Shown: positions 9,492 through 18,438 of the stretch, one piece after another
Numbering within the stretch: the first letter of the stretch is position 1
Layout: each line of letters opens with the position of its first letter
NCBI GenBank assembly: GCA_043821445.1
Contig: JBDRCT010000031.1
Location: forward strand, 35,620-99,619
Origin: Candidatus Omnitrophota bacterium
GTDB taxonomy: Bacteria > Omnitrophota > Omnitrophia > Omnitrophales > Aquincolibacteriaceae
Length of the DNA: 64,000 bases
Reading direction: 5' to 3'
Program-made: the position numbers and the translations under genes
Notes under the pieces: generated by a model
What the model was told of the DNA's origin: nothing
Seen by the model: only the letters and a program-made list of their open reading frames with translations
Database searches by the model: none

Positions 9492-9648
9492 GTCGGATTC
9501 CCCGTCTTTTTGACGTCCGGCGTCAGATTTTGCACCAGGCGTCAAAAACATGTTGGATATAATGCTCGCTTTCTATGCGACGCATTTTTTGCTATCATAC
9601 CCGCTTCATAGGGCCATTATCCTCAGGGCAGAGAAGGAGGGTGTTAGA
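9492..9648 (+). promoter_or_regulatory. Repeated intergenic unit (palindromic hairpin + T-runs, TATAAT -10 box, RBS), copy 1
   Basis: TTTTTGACGTCCGGCGTCAGATTTTGCACCAGGCGTCAAAAA inverted repeat, then GGATATAATG and AAGGAGGG. About 85% identical to 10159..10316 and 10878..10990. Confidence 0.5.
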
Positions 9649-10158
9649 ATGAAAGATAAACAAACAGACCTCATAGCAGTTTTGGCGATGGTGGGGGTGA
9701 TGTTGGTGGGGATTGTGGCTTATGCTGTGTCCGGGGGGTACAAGAAAGGCCAAGGGCCCATGGAGGAACTCAACTTGACCCCGGAGCAGAGAGAAAGCAG
9801 AGGGTCTATGGAGGAGCTCAACTTGACCCCGGAGCAGAGAGAAAAGTTGCTGGAGCAGAGGAATGATCCGGTCCAACAGGAAAACCACAAGGCGATGCGC
9901 GAGCAGATGAAAACCAAGATGCAGGCGCTTAATGCGGCGGTCGACAAGCCGGGCACGACGCTAACGGATGTGAGCGGCCTCATCGCTGAGGTGGGCACAC
10001 TCCAGAAGCAGATGTTTTCCAAGAGGATGGAGCGCCTTTTCGCCATGAAGAAGATCCTCACGCCCGAGCAATTCGCGAAGATGCTGGAAATAGAACAGAT
10101 GAACAGGAAATACTACGCAAGTGGGAAAGGAAAGGACCCAGGACCGGGTCAGGACTAG
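9649..10158 (+). CDS. Periplasmic LTXXQ-motif (Spy/CpxP-like) protein, paralog 2
   Basis: Paralog of 8997..9491. Contains an internal 13-aa duplication (MEELNLTPEQRE twice). Confidence 0.7.
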   Translation: MKDKQTDLIAVLAMVGVMLVGIVAYAVSGGYKKGQGPMEELNLTPEQRESRGSMEELNLTPEQREKLLEQRNDPVQQENHKAMREQMKTKMQALNAAVDKPGTTLTDVSGLIAEVGTLQKQMFSKRMERLFAMKKILTPEQFAKMLEIEQMNRKYYASGKGKDPGPGQD

Positions 10159-10316
10159 GTCGGATTTCCCGTCTTTCTGACGCCCGGTGTCAGATTTTGC
10201 GCCGAGCGTCAAAAAAATATTGAATATAATGCCCGCTTTCTATGCGACACATTTTTTGCTACCATATCCGCTTTATAGGGACTTTATCTCCAAGACAGAA
10301 AAGGGAGGGTGTTAAA
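10159..10316 (+). promoter_or_regulatory. Repeated intergenic unit, copy 2
   Basis: Same palindrome (GACGCCCGGTGTCAG...GCGTCAAAAAAA) and TGAATATAATG -10-like box as copy 1. Confidence 0.5.
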
Positions 10317-10877
10317 ATGAAAAACAAACTAGCAAAGATCGTAGCGGTTTTCACGGTGGTGGGGCTGGTGTCTGCGGGGCCTGTGGCTTATGCTGTGTCC
10401 GAGGAGGACAATCTGGAGAGTGGCATGGGCTATAAGCGCCAAGCAGACCAAGGGTCCATGCAAGGGAAGCCTATGCAAGGGGGGCCCATGCAAGGGTTAA
10501 TGGGGCTTGACTTGACCCCGTCGCAGCAAGCAGAGGTTATGGCACTGCAGGATCCAGCCAAACAGAACAAAATCCAGGCGATGGCAGAGCAGGTAAGGAC
10601 AAAGATGCAGATGCTTAATGCGGCGATTGCCGAACCGGGCACGACGCTGACGGATGTGAGCGATCTTATCGAAGAAATAGGCACACTCCAGGCGCAGTCG
10701 CTTTCCCAGAGGATGGAGTACCTTTTCGCCATGAAGAAGATCCTCACGCCCGAGCAGTTCGCGAAGATGCAGGAAATGAAGAAGGAACGGCAGGGACCCG
10801 GAGGTTTTGGGGGACAGAACCCGAGGCCGGATCAGGGAAATTCTGGGGAACAGAACCCGGGGCCGGATCAGTACTAG
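10317..10877 (+). CDS. Periplasmic LTXXQ-motif (Spy/CpxP-like) protein, paralog 3
   Basis: Paralog with a divergent Q/G/P-rich middle. Conserved C-terminal ILTPEQFAKMQE motif. Confidence 0.7.
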   Translation: MKNKLAKIVAVFTVVGLVSAGPVAYAVSEEDNLESGMGYKRQADQGSMQGKPMQGGPMQGLMGLDLTPSQQAEVMALQDPAKQNKIQAMAEQVRTKMQMLNAAIAEPGTTLTDVSDLIEEIGTLQAQSLSQRMEYLFAMKKILTPEQFAKMQEMKKERQGPGGFGGQNPRPDQGNSGEQNPGPDQY

Positions 10878-10990
10878 GTCGGATCTTCCATCTTTTTTAA
10901 CGCCCGGTGACGGACTCGGTGCCGGGCGTCAAAAAAATTCAGATGTAATGCCCGCTTCTCATACAACGCATTTTTTGCTATCATACCCGC
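10878..10990 (+). promoter_or_regulatory. Repeated intergenic unit, copy 3 (not followed by a fourth paralog)
   Basis: Same palindrome and a GATGTAATG box, but followed by the hrcA leader motif instead of another LTXXQ gene. Confidence 0.4.
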
Positions 10991-10993
10991 CCT

Positions 10994-11077
10994 GTCCCAA
11001 CTTTAAATTTCTTTTCATAAAGGATAGTTGGGATTGCCCCAATTTTCACTTCGTAAAAATTGAAAGGTATTGGGACT
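10994..11077 (+). promoter_or_regulatory. Conserved structured 5' leader motif, copy b (upstream of hrcA)
   Basis: P1 hairpin GTCCCAACT-N23-AGTTGGGAT. Then TGCCCCAATTTTCAC...TAAAAATTG hairpin and AAAGGTATTGGGACT immediately before the hrcA ATG. No CIRCE element seen. Confidence 0.6.
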
Positions 11078-11857
11078 ATGGAAACCCTATCCCCAAGACA
11101 GGACGACATCCTCCGGGGTGTCATTGAGACGCATATCGAGACCACTCAGCCGGTGGGTTCCCGTTCGATCGCCGAAAAATATGCTATTTCTTTTTCTCCC
11201 GCGACCATTCGTCATGAGATGGGCGCCTTGGAGGAGATGGGTTATTTGACGCATCCCCATATCTCGTCGGGCCGTTTGCCGACGGATCAGGGTTACCGTT
11301 ATTATCTGGACCATTCTTCATTCGAAGATCATTCCGGCGAGCCCCTGGGCCGTTTGGAGGAAGAGATCGTTCCTTCGGACAGGGAGGACAGGCTCGAGGA
11401 GTTCCTGGACCACGTTTCGCTCCTGCTTTCCTCGCTTTCTCAGGAGATCGGATTGACCCTCATGCCCTTTACGGAAGATCCGGCAGTTGAAAAGCCGGGC
11501 CGCATCAAGCTTTCTTTGCAAGGTTTGTCCTACATGCTCGAAAAACCGGAATTTCAAGATATCCGGAAGATCAGGAATCTGCTGGCCGTTTTTGAGGAAA
11601 AAGTGGCGCTGATGCGATGGGTCCTGACGCACGGGGATCCGCAACATGTATCTGTCTCCGTAGGCCGCGAACATTCGAACGAAGCCTTGGAAGATTGCGC
11701 CATTGTAACGGCCCGCTATACCGCGGGGAAAAACCGCCGGGGGGCCATCGCGATCCTGGGGCCCAAGCGCATGGCGTACCGGCAGATCATTCCTTTGGTC
11801 TCCCGCATGGCTATGACGGTGGGCGATATTCTTGAACACCGGGAGCTTAAGGCGTGA
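11078..11857 (+). CDS. hrcA: Heat-inducible transcription repressor HrcA
   Basis: Winged-helix N-terminus (LSPRQDDILRGVIETHIETTQPVGSRSIAEKY..ATIRHEMGALEEMGYLTHPHISSGRLPTDQGYRYY) and HrcA C-terminal domain. Confidence 0.9.
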   Translation: METLSPRQDDILRGVIETHIETTQPVGSRSIAEKYAISFSPATIRHEMGALEEMGYLTHPHISSGRLPTDQGYRYYLDHSSFEDHSGEPLGRLEEEIVPSDREDRLEEFLDHVSLLLSSLSQEIGLTLMPFTEDPAVEKPGRIKLSLQGLSYMLEKPEFQDIRKIRNLLAVFEEKVALMRWVLTHGDPQHVSVSVGREHSNEALEDCAIVTARYTAGKNRRGAIAILGPKRMAYRQIIPLVSRMAMTVGDILEHRELKA

Positions 11858-12504
11858 TGAGTCATCATTCTAAAAAAAATCATCACGAAAAAGGGGACTA
11901 CGGAGGGCCGAAGTCGGACGCTAAGGCATCCTCGCCGCAAGCCGGTGAAAAAGTGGAAATCCCGGCGCAGGAGTACGAAGATCTTCAAAAAAAGGTCGTG
12001 GAACTCGAAGGACTGCGCGAGAAATTCCTGCGCTCAGCGGCAGATTATGAGAACGCCAAAAAGAGAAATGCGCGGGAGAAGGAAGATTTCATCAAATTCA
12101 GCCAAGAGCGGATCTTGAGGGATCTCCTTCCGGTGCTGGATAATTTTGAGCGTGCGGTGGGTCATGCGAACACGGCCTCCGCGAGCGCCTCCGGTGAAGA
12201 GGCCCTGCAGCAGAATTTGAAGACGCTCGTCTCCGGCGTGGAGAGGGTGCGGAAGCAATTGATCGATATTCTCAAAATGTACGGACTCAAGCGGATCGAG
12301 ACCGCGGACCAGGTGTTCAATCCGCATTTCCACGAAGTCGTCGCGCATGTGCCCGAAGAGGGCAAGGAAGACCAGATCGTGGACGAACTGGAACCCGGCT
12401 TTATGCTGCATGACCGCCTTCTCAGGGCCGCCAAGGTCCGTGTCCGCGTGTCACCCCAACGGGAGACGCCCGTTTCCGAAGAGAAACAGGACGAGATCAC
12501 CTAA
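11854..12504 (+). CDS. grpE: Nucleotide exchange factor GrpE
   Basis: Overlaps the hrcA stop. Coiled-coil N-terminus and GrpE core (ENAKKRNAREKEDFIKFSQERILRDLLPVLDNFERA...GFMLHDRLLRAAKVRV). Confidence 0.9.
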   Translation: MMSHHSKKNHHEKGDYGGPKSDAKASSPQAGEKVEIPAQEYEDLQKKVVELEGLREKFLRSAADYENAKKRNAREKEDFIKFSQERILRDLLPVLDNFERAVGHANTASASASGEEALQQNLKTLVSGVERVRKQLIDILKMYGLKRIETADQVFNPHFHEVVAHVPEEGKEDQIVDELEPGFMLHDRLLRAAKVRVRVSPQRETPVSEEKQDEIT

Positions 12505-12580
12505 AACGCGCACAACGCACAGCGGGCAACGGACAACGAAAAAAAAGAACATTGCGCGTTGAGCGTTGCGCGATTCCGAA
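12505..12580. repeat. Intergenic palindromic element (copy 1 of 2)
   Basis: GCGCACAACGC...AAAAAAGAACATTGCGCGTTGAGCGTTGCGCG. About 75% identical to 14186..14258. Imperfect inverted repeat around an A-run. Confidence 0.45.
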
Positions 12581-12586
12581 GGAATT

Positions 12587-13678
12587 ATGACCAAACGTGA
12601 TTATTATGAAGTGCTGAGTGTGAGCCGGACCGCGGACGCGGAAACCATCAAGAAAAGCTACCGCAAGCTTGCGCTCCGATATCATCCTGACCGCAATCCC
12701 GGGGACAAGGCGTCCGAAGAAAAATTCAAGGAAGCCGCCGAGGCCTATGCCGTCCTAAGCGACCCGGACAAACGGGCCCGTTACGACCAGTTCGGCCACA
12801 GCATGGGAGGCGCCGGATTTTCCGGTTTCGAAGGTTTCCAGGACGCGTTCGGCGGGTTCAGCGATATCTTCGGCGATCTCTTCGAAGATTTCTTCGGCGG
12901 AAGCGGGGGCAGACGGCGCGGCCGCGGGGCCCGGGGTTCGGACCTGGAATATACGGTCGAGCTCGAACTCGCCGAGGTTCTTACCGGTAAGACCTTTGAC
13001 CTGGAGATCCCCCGCAAGGAGACTTGCGGCGACTGCCAGGGAACGGGCGCGGAAAAGGGTTCCAAAAAGAAGACCTGCGCGGATTGTGGGGGCCGCGGAG
13101 AAGTCCGCGTCTCCCAGGGTTTTTTCACGCTTCGCAGGACCTACCCCCGTTGTCATGGTGAGGGGGAATCGATCGAGAAGCCCTGCCCAACTTGTCGCGG
13201 GGAGGGACGCGCACGCAAGACACGGAAATTACAAGTGAAGATCCCGGCCGGTGTCGAACACGGTTCACGGCTTCGCGTGACCGGCGAAGGCGAGGCCGGG
13301 CAGGGCGGCGCTTCGCGCGGGGATCTTTATATCCAGGTGCTTGTGAAGAAAAACAAGACCTTCGAGCGGCAGGACCATGACATCTATTGCGAGGTCTTGA
13401 TCCCTTACACCGTGGCCGTGCTCGGCGGAGAAGTGGAAGTCCCGACGCTTACGGGAAAGACCCGGCTTGAAATCGCGGGCGGTACCCCGGCCGGAAAGGT
13501 CCTTAAGATCAAGGGCGAGGGTGTCCCGGCTTTGGGAGTGGAAGGCCGGCGCGGGGACGAATATGTGAAGGTGGACATCGAGATCCCGGCGAAATTGAGC
13601 AAATCCGAGCGCGAGCTGCTCGAAAAACTAGCGGCCGAACGCAACGAAAAGATCCAGACGAAAAAAAGCTTTTTCTAA
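12587..13678 (+). CDS. dnaJ: Molecular chaperone DnaJ
   Basis: J domain with HPD (DYYEVLSV...[16 protein letters not shown]). G/F-rich linker. Four CxxCxGxG zinc-finger repeats. C-terminal domains. Confidence 0.9.
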   Translation: MTKRDYYEVLSVSRTADAETIKKSYRKLALRYHPDRNPGDKASEEKFKEAAEAYAVLSDPDKRARYDQFGHSMGGAGFSGFEGFQDAFGGFSDIFGDLFEDFFGGSGGRRRGRGARGSDLEYTVELELAEVLTGKTFDLEIPRKETCGDCQGTGAEKGSKKKTCADCGGRGEVRVSQGFFTLRRTYPRCHGEGESIEKPCPTCRGEGRARKTRKLQVKIPAGVEHGSRLRVTGEGEAGQGGASRGDLYIQVLVKKNKTFERQDHDIYCEVLIPYTVAVLGGEVEVPTLTGKTRLEIAGGTPAGKVLKIKGEGVPALGVEGRRGDEYVKVDIEIPAKLSKSERELLEKLAAERNEKIQTKKSFF

Positions 13679-13747
13679 AATCTTTTTGCGGGGAACGGGT
13701 AACGGGGAACGAGATCGTTTGCCGTTCGGCGTTTCCCATTCATTGAG

Positions 13748-14185
13748 GTGCGTATGGAATATTTTGATTATCGTTACCGGGTGATCTACGCGGACACGGA
13801 CCAGATGGGGATCACGTATTACGCGAACTATCTGAAATGGTTCGAGGCCGCGCGTACCGAATATTTCCGGGCGTTGGGGTTCCCGTACACCGAATGCGAA
13901 AAGAAAGGGATCTATCTTCCGGTCGCGGAAGCCCACGTCAATTATATCGCGCCGTCGACCTACGATGACGACATTACGGTCCGGACAAGCGTGGCGAAGA
14001 TCGGCAGCAGCACCTTGCGTTTTGAGTACCAGGTGATGCATACGAAGACCCGGATCCCGCTCGCGACCGGATATACTTTGCACGTTTTTGTGAATAAGGC
14101 CATGAAACCTTGCCGCGTGCCCGCGGAGATCAAAGAAGTCGTCAAGGAATGCGCGCTTCTCAAGAAGCGCTGCCGGTGTAAATAA
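13748..14185 (+). CDS. Acyl-CoA thioesterase, YbgC/4HBT family
   Basis: YRVIYADTDQMGITYYANYLKWFEAARTEYF hot-dog fold signature. Length 145 aa. Confidence 0.75.
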   Translation: MRMEYFDYRYRVIYADTDQMGITYYANYLKWFEAARTEYFRALGFPYTECEKKGIYLPVAEAHVNYIAPSTYDDDITVRTSVAKIGSSTLRFEYQVMHTKTRIPLATGYTLHVFVNKAMKPCRVPAEIKEVVKECALLKKRCRCK

Positions 14186-14258
14186 AATGCGCACAACGCG
14201 CAACGCTCAGCGGAAAAAAGACATTGTGCTTTGCGCATTGAGCGTTGTGTCCTGGAAT
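14186..14258. repeat. Intergenic palindromic element (copy 2 of 2)
   Basis: AAAATGCGCACAACGCGCAACGCTCAGCGGAAAAAAGACATTGTGCTTTGCGCATTGAGCGTTGTG. Paralog of 12505..12580. Confidence 0.45.
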
Positions 14259-14283
14259 GCTAGAGTAATCACAGGATAGAAGG

Positions 14284-15342
14284 ATGACTATGGAAAAGAA
14301 TATCAGGGTGACGATTCTCGGGGACGGCGGATGGGGAACGGCGCTCGCGCTCGTGAACCTTCGCCGCGGCAACGAGGTGATGATGTGGTCCGCCTTCGCG
14401 GATTACGCCGCAGTGCTCCGGGAAGAGCGCGAGAACGTCAAATTCCTTCCGGGTGTGAAATTACCCAAGGACCTCAGGATCACGTCCAACCTGAAAGAGG
14501 CCGTCGATTTCGGCGACGCGCTCGTGCTGGCCATTCCTTCGCAATATCTCCGCAATATTCTTTTCAAGCTCAAAGAGTTCCCTTATCAAAATAAGATCCT
14601 TGTCAGTACCGCAAAGGGGATCGAAAAGAAGACCTGCCTCCGGCCCTCTGAGATCATTCGTTTTGTGCTGGGCAGGAATCTTCCCGTCGTCGTGCTGTCA
14701 GGTCCTTCGCATGCCGAGGAGGTGGCCCGTGAAATCCCGACCCTGACGGTGGCGGCTTCCGATGACCCCCAACACGCCCAATACGTCCAGGAGCATTTCC
14801 GTGACCCGCAATTCCGGATCTATGTCCAGAAGGACCTCGCGGGCGTCGAATTCGGCGGCGCGCTCAAGAACGTGATCGCGATCGCGGCGGGGGTCTGTGA
14901 CGGCCTGAAGTTCGGGGACAATACCAAATCCGGCCTGATCACGCGGGGGCTTTACGAGATCGTCCGGCTCGGGGTCAAACATGGCGCGAACCCGAACACC
15001 TTCTTCGGGCTCTCCGGGATCGGGGACCTGATCACGACCTGTTTTTCAAAACACGGACGGAACCTTCACGTAGGCCGCGAGCTCGGCAAGGGACGGAAGA
15101 TCAAGGAGATCCTCGGGGAAATGGACATGGTCGCCGAAGGCGTGGATACGGCCTTGAGCGTGCACCAGCTTTGCAAGCGCGAGGACCTCCAGCTGCCGAT
15201 CATGGACGAGGTTTACCAAATGCTCTTTGAGGATAAGGACCCCGGAGAAGTCGTGGCGGCCCTTCTTGCGCGCACGCCGTATGAGGAATGGAAAGCCTTC
15301 GATCTCAGCTCTTTCCGGGAAAAGATCGCCAAAAGGAATTAA
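14284..15342 (+). CDS. gpsA: NAD(P)H-dependent glycerol-3-phosphate dehydrogenase GpsA
   Basis: N-terminal Rossmann motif ILGDGGWGTALA. Conserved GpsA core (GLKFGDNTKSGLITRGLYEI...). Confidence 0.9.
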   Translation: MTMEKNIRVTILGDGGWGTALALVNLRRGNEVMMWSAFADYAAVLREERENVKFLPGVKLPKDLRITSNLKEAVDFGDALVLAIPSQYLRNILFKLKEFPYQNKILVSTAKGIEKKTCLRPSEIIRFVLGRNLPVVVLSGPSHAEEVAREIPTLTVAASDDPQHAQYVQEHFRDPQFRIYVQKDLAGVEFGGALKNVIAIAAGVCDGLKFGDNTKSGLITRGLYEIVRLGVKHGANPNTFFGLSGIGDLITTCFSKHGRNLHVGRELGKGRKIKEILGEMDMVAEGVDTALSVHQLCKREDLQLPIMDEVYQMLFEDKDPGEVVAALLARTPYEEWKAFDLSSFREKIAKRN

Positions 15343-15363
15343 AAAAAGACAGGAAAGCAAAAA

Positions 15364-15405
15364 GGGGACAGGCAGTCAATGAATGCCTGTCCCCTTTTTA
15401 TTTTT
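15364..15405. terminator. Bidirectional rho-independent terminator between gpsA (+) and the FadL-family gene (-)
   Basis: GGGGACAGGCA-gtcaatgaa-TGCCTGTCCCC hairpin followed by TTTTTATTTTT. A- and T-runs on both sides. Confidence 0.7.
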
Positions 15406-15408
15406 GCT

Positions 15409-16830
15409 TTACGCCGCCGGATTCATGCTGATCGAACTCATCGAAGACCCCTCGGCCTCGGTGCCTTTATTCGCGAGCGTTCGCGGAAAAAGATCGTCCC
15501 AATGCATCGTGAGGCTCACCACGAACTCCTGCATATAGGAAGTGTAGGTCCCGTCCATGGAAGAATTGAGGAGCAACGCATTTTCTCCTACGCTGTTGTC
15601 GATGTGCCTCCTGAAATAGAAGGCATTGGAGTAGGCAAGGTCCGCCGTGAGATATTTGCTGATGGCATAGCCCGCGCCGATGCTTAAGGAAAGGTGGTTA
15701 GAATCGGGGACGGCCGGTATGAAACTCTTCTCTGGGACCGGGGTGAAGTAGAAAAAGGAGCCGCACCGGAGCGTCAGTTTCTTCGTGAGTTTATGGGTGA
15801 TGCCCAGTTGGATCCCGTAGCCGTCATGATAGTCTTTGTCGGCCGCGCGGATGGCGTTCAGGACCGCATCGTCGGTCGCATTACCTGAAGGATCGGTGAC
15901 AAAATACTGGCGTTTATAAGTACGCCAATGGGACCAAGTAAAGTCCGCCTCATAATGGGTTTTCTCGGTCGGCTGGTAGGCATAGCCCCAGGTCATGTTC
16001 ATCGGTAAAGAAACCTTGGTGTGGACCCCCGTTTCGAAATTGTGGGGACCCGTCAAGCCAACCGCGGAGAAATCGGAATTTTCGACTTTGGCCAGGCCGC
16101 TGGTTTTCACGACCACGGGGCTCCGGAAATAATAACCCAGCCGGTGTTTTTTGGTCAGTTTGAGCAAAGCGCCCATCTGCCATCCCCATTTGTTTCCGGA
16201 GGTGTTGAGCCGGACCTGTCCGTCCGGGGTATTCAAACCGAATGGAAGTGTGACAAGGTTGTTAGGGTAGCCCTGGATCCCGCCGAAATCGGAAACACGG
16301 TACCACATCGGGCCGCCGCCCACCGAGATCTTGTCGGTGAACTTGTAAGCGACCGTGGGCTTGATCGTGTACATCTTGAGGTAATTGCGCCATCCGGCGT
16401 AATGGACCGACGGATCATTGGAGTTGTATTTATTCATCAGACCGAAAGGAGAGTCCGTGCCGACCCCAAGCGCCAACTTGTCCTGGAACATCTTGCCGGG
16501 GTTGATCGTGATATAAGCGGTCGGGACCGTACTGATCGTCCCGGAACTGCGAAAATCACCCGTGGCGTCATTGTCCTTCCATGTGAACATACTGATAAAA
16601 TTCGCGTCGGTCTGGACCTGGACGCCCGGAAGGTCCACGATGCCGGCCGGGTTGTAAGAGATGGCCGCGGGTTCCTCGGGACTTGCGGTCCCCGCGCCGC
16701 TTAAGGCGATCTGTGCGGCGCTGAAAGAAGCGTTTTCAAAACCTCCTCCGCCGACCGCAAAAGCCAAAGAGGGGGCCAGAAACATAAGGGCGATCACCAT
16801 CCCAAGCAGGAGGATTTTCTTCGTCATCAT
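15409..16830 (-). CDS. FadL/OmpP1/TodX-family outer-membrane hydrophobic-compound transporter
   Basis: Signal peptide. N-terminal hatch motif GGGFENASFSAAQIALSGAGTA...ISYNPAG typical of FadL-family proteins. Beta-strand-rich with alternating aromatic residues. Confidence 0.7.
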   Translation of the reverse strand: MMTKKILLLGMVIALMFLAPSLAFAVGGGGFENASFSAAQIALSGAGTASPEEPAAISYNPAGIVDLPGVQVQTDANFISMFTWKDNDATGDFRSSGTISTVPTAYITINPGKMFQDKLALGVGTDSPFGLMNKYNSNDPSVHYAGWRNYLKMYTIKPTVAYKFTDKISVGGGPMWYRVSDFGGIQGYPNNLVTLPFGLNTPDGQVRLNTSGNKWGWQMGALLKLTKKHRLGYYFRSPVVVKTSGLAKVENSDFSAVGLTGPHNFETGVHTKVSLPMNMTWGYAYQPTEKTHYEADFTWSHWRTYKRQYFVTDPSGNATDDAVLNAIRAADKDYHDGYGIQLGITHKLTKKLTLRCGSFFYFTPVPEKSFIPAVPDSNHLSLSIGAGYAISKYLTADLAYSNAFYFRRHIDNSVGENALLLNSSMDGTYTSYMQEFVVSLTMHWDDLFPRTLANKGTEAEGSSMSSISMNPAA

Positions 16831-17473
16831 GAAGCGGAACTCCTTGTTATAAGGGCACACGGCCCGCGTGTTTTAATGCCGGTCTCTCGTCACGATGTAA
16901 GCCGAGACGTTCCTTTAACTTGTACAGCTTGTATATTATCGAATTCACCGGATATTTTCTTCAACTATATTTAGGCCCTTTTTTCACCCGTTCTTCCCGG
17001 ATAGATCATTAATGCTATCTATTGCTATTTTTAATTTTGTTTTGACTTGTCAATATCAAAATAGGGTGCTACAACTCTATTAGAAAGGGGAGGAAGGGAA
17101 ATGTCGTCCGAAGAATTAGAGTGCCGGTTGGCACAGATCAAGGACAAAAAACTTGCGACGGAGGTTCGTCGCTTCCTCTTGAATTTATTCCTCCTTTTCG
17201 ATGGTAACCCCCCGCCGCATATCCAGGTCTATATCACCGAGATCATGGATATCGTCGAATCCAAAAGGGTCCCTGAGCCGGTCCGGCTCAGACCCTAGGA
17301 CTTGAAATCCCGTACCTCTAGGGAGGCGTTAACAGACAACTGCTCCGAAGGAGGGAAATCCTCAAAAATTTTATAGATATTAAACAGAACGGATAATAGA
17401 ATTCCCTTACCGGCCCTTTCCGCGGGATAGTTTTTGAAAATAATCGGGATGTTCAAATCAGGGAAAGTCCAAC

Positions 17474-17878
17474 ATGTCAGGCCATGAAAAGCGTCTACTG
17501 ATCATAGATGATGAGGACGATATCTGCCAGATCGTCAAAGAGAAATTCGAGAATTTGGGCTACAAAGTCTTGACCGCGAATACCACCCACGAAGGATTCA
17601 AGAAAACCGAACAAGATAAACCCGATTGTGTGATTCTTGATATCCGCATTCCCGGAAGAGAGGGCGGATTGGGCTATCTTCAAAGACTTCGCTCTTACCT
17701 TCACAACGATCCCGAGAAACAGGCCCGTATGCGAGAAACCCCGGTGATCGTACTTACGGGGGCCGGCGTCGTGATGCAACCGCTCTTTGAGCAACAGGGG
17801 ATCAGCGGTTTCATTGAAAAGCCTTTAGATTTCACAAAGCTCCAGGCTCAGATCCAAAATATTGTTTGGAAACATTAG
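17474..17878 (+). CDS. Standalone response-regulator receiver domain protein
   Basis: LLIIDDEDDICQIVKE...DCVILDIRIP...PVIVLTGAG. CheY-like receiver with the phospho-acceptor Asp and no output domain. Paralog at 40757. Confidence 0.8.
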   Translation: MSGHEKRLLIIDDEDDICQIVKEKFENLGYKVLTANTTHEGFKKTEQDKPDCVILDIRIPGREGGLGYLQRLRSYLHNDPEKQARMRETPVIVLTGAGVVMQPLFEQQGISGFIEKPLDFTKLQAQIQNIVWKH

Positions 17879-18082
17879 TCCGCTTTCCCCCCGCCCCATT
17901 TCTCCCAAATTAGAATCATGCAAATTTCGATACCCACTTAGCTCCTATGCTTCGCCGGGTGCGCGTATCCTGGCTGTTGATTCCTATCATTGATAGATAT
18001 TAAACGTTCCTGAGTCGACTCCCGTCAAATTTCTTCCCTCTTTCGATTTTCTTTTCATTCCCTTGGGGTTAGGGTTGTGCCA

Positions 18083-18165
18083 GCCCCAAACTTTTTATTG
18101 TTTTCTAAAAGGGCAGTTTGGGCAGCCCCAATTTCAACAGGGCTGAAATTGAAAGGTATTGGGAC
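18083..18165 (+). promoter_or_regulatory. Conserved structured 5' leader motif, copy c (upstream of an RHH gene and the giant gene)
   Basis: P1 hairpin GCCCCAAACT-N22-AGTTTGGGC. Then AGCCCCAATTTCAAC-agggc-TGAAATTG and AAAGGTATTGGGAC. The RHH ATG lies 35 nt downstream after GGAGGAAG. Confidence 0.6.
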
Positions 18166-18200
18166 AGGGAGAAATAAAAAAAGTTTTGAAGGAGGAAGCC

Positions 18201-18401
18201 ATGCGAAGCGTTCAGGAAGTACCCAAGGCGCCGGCCAAACCCCGGGTCCCGGAGGGCACGTGGATGCAGATCACTTTCACGCTCGATCCCGCGCATTACC
18301 GGAGGCTCTGGCAGCGGGCCGAAGAGGAACACCGGACCCTCCCCGACCTCGTCCGTGAAAGCGTAATCTGTTTTTTGGGAGAAATAAAAATCGTTCCTTG
18401 A
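18201..18401 (+). CDS. Small ribbon-helix-helix-like (CopG/ParD-type) protein
   Basis: 66 aa. ITFTLDPAHYRRLWQRAEEEHRTLPDLVRESV resembles an RHH beta-strand-helix-helix DNA-binding fold. Sits immediately upstream of the giant gene. Confidence 0.45.
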   Translation: MRSVQEVPKAPAKPRVPEGTWMQITFTLDPAHYRRLWQRAEEEHRTLPDLVRESVICFLGEIKIVP

Positions 18402-18438
18402 AAGAAACATCCACGGAACGAAACATAGGAGATCTGTC

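Noticed and set aside
10878-11077. CIRCE (TTAGCACTC-N9-GAGTGCTAA) operator upstream of hrcA
   Set aside because: I looked for the inverted repeat within ~200 nt upstream of hrcA and did not find it. The region is instead occupied by the novel leader motif.
16021-16704. Plus-strand 227-aa ORF within the FadL-family gene
   Set aside because: Antisense to an ORF with a clear FadL hatch motif and signal peptide. No RBS or motif support.
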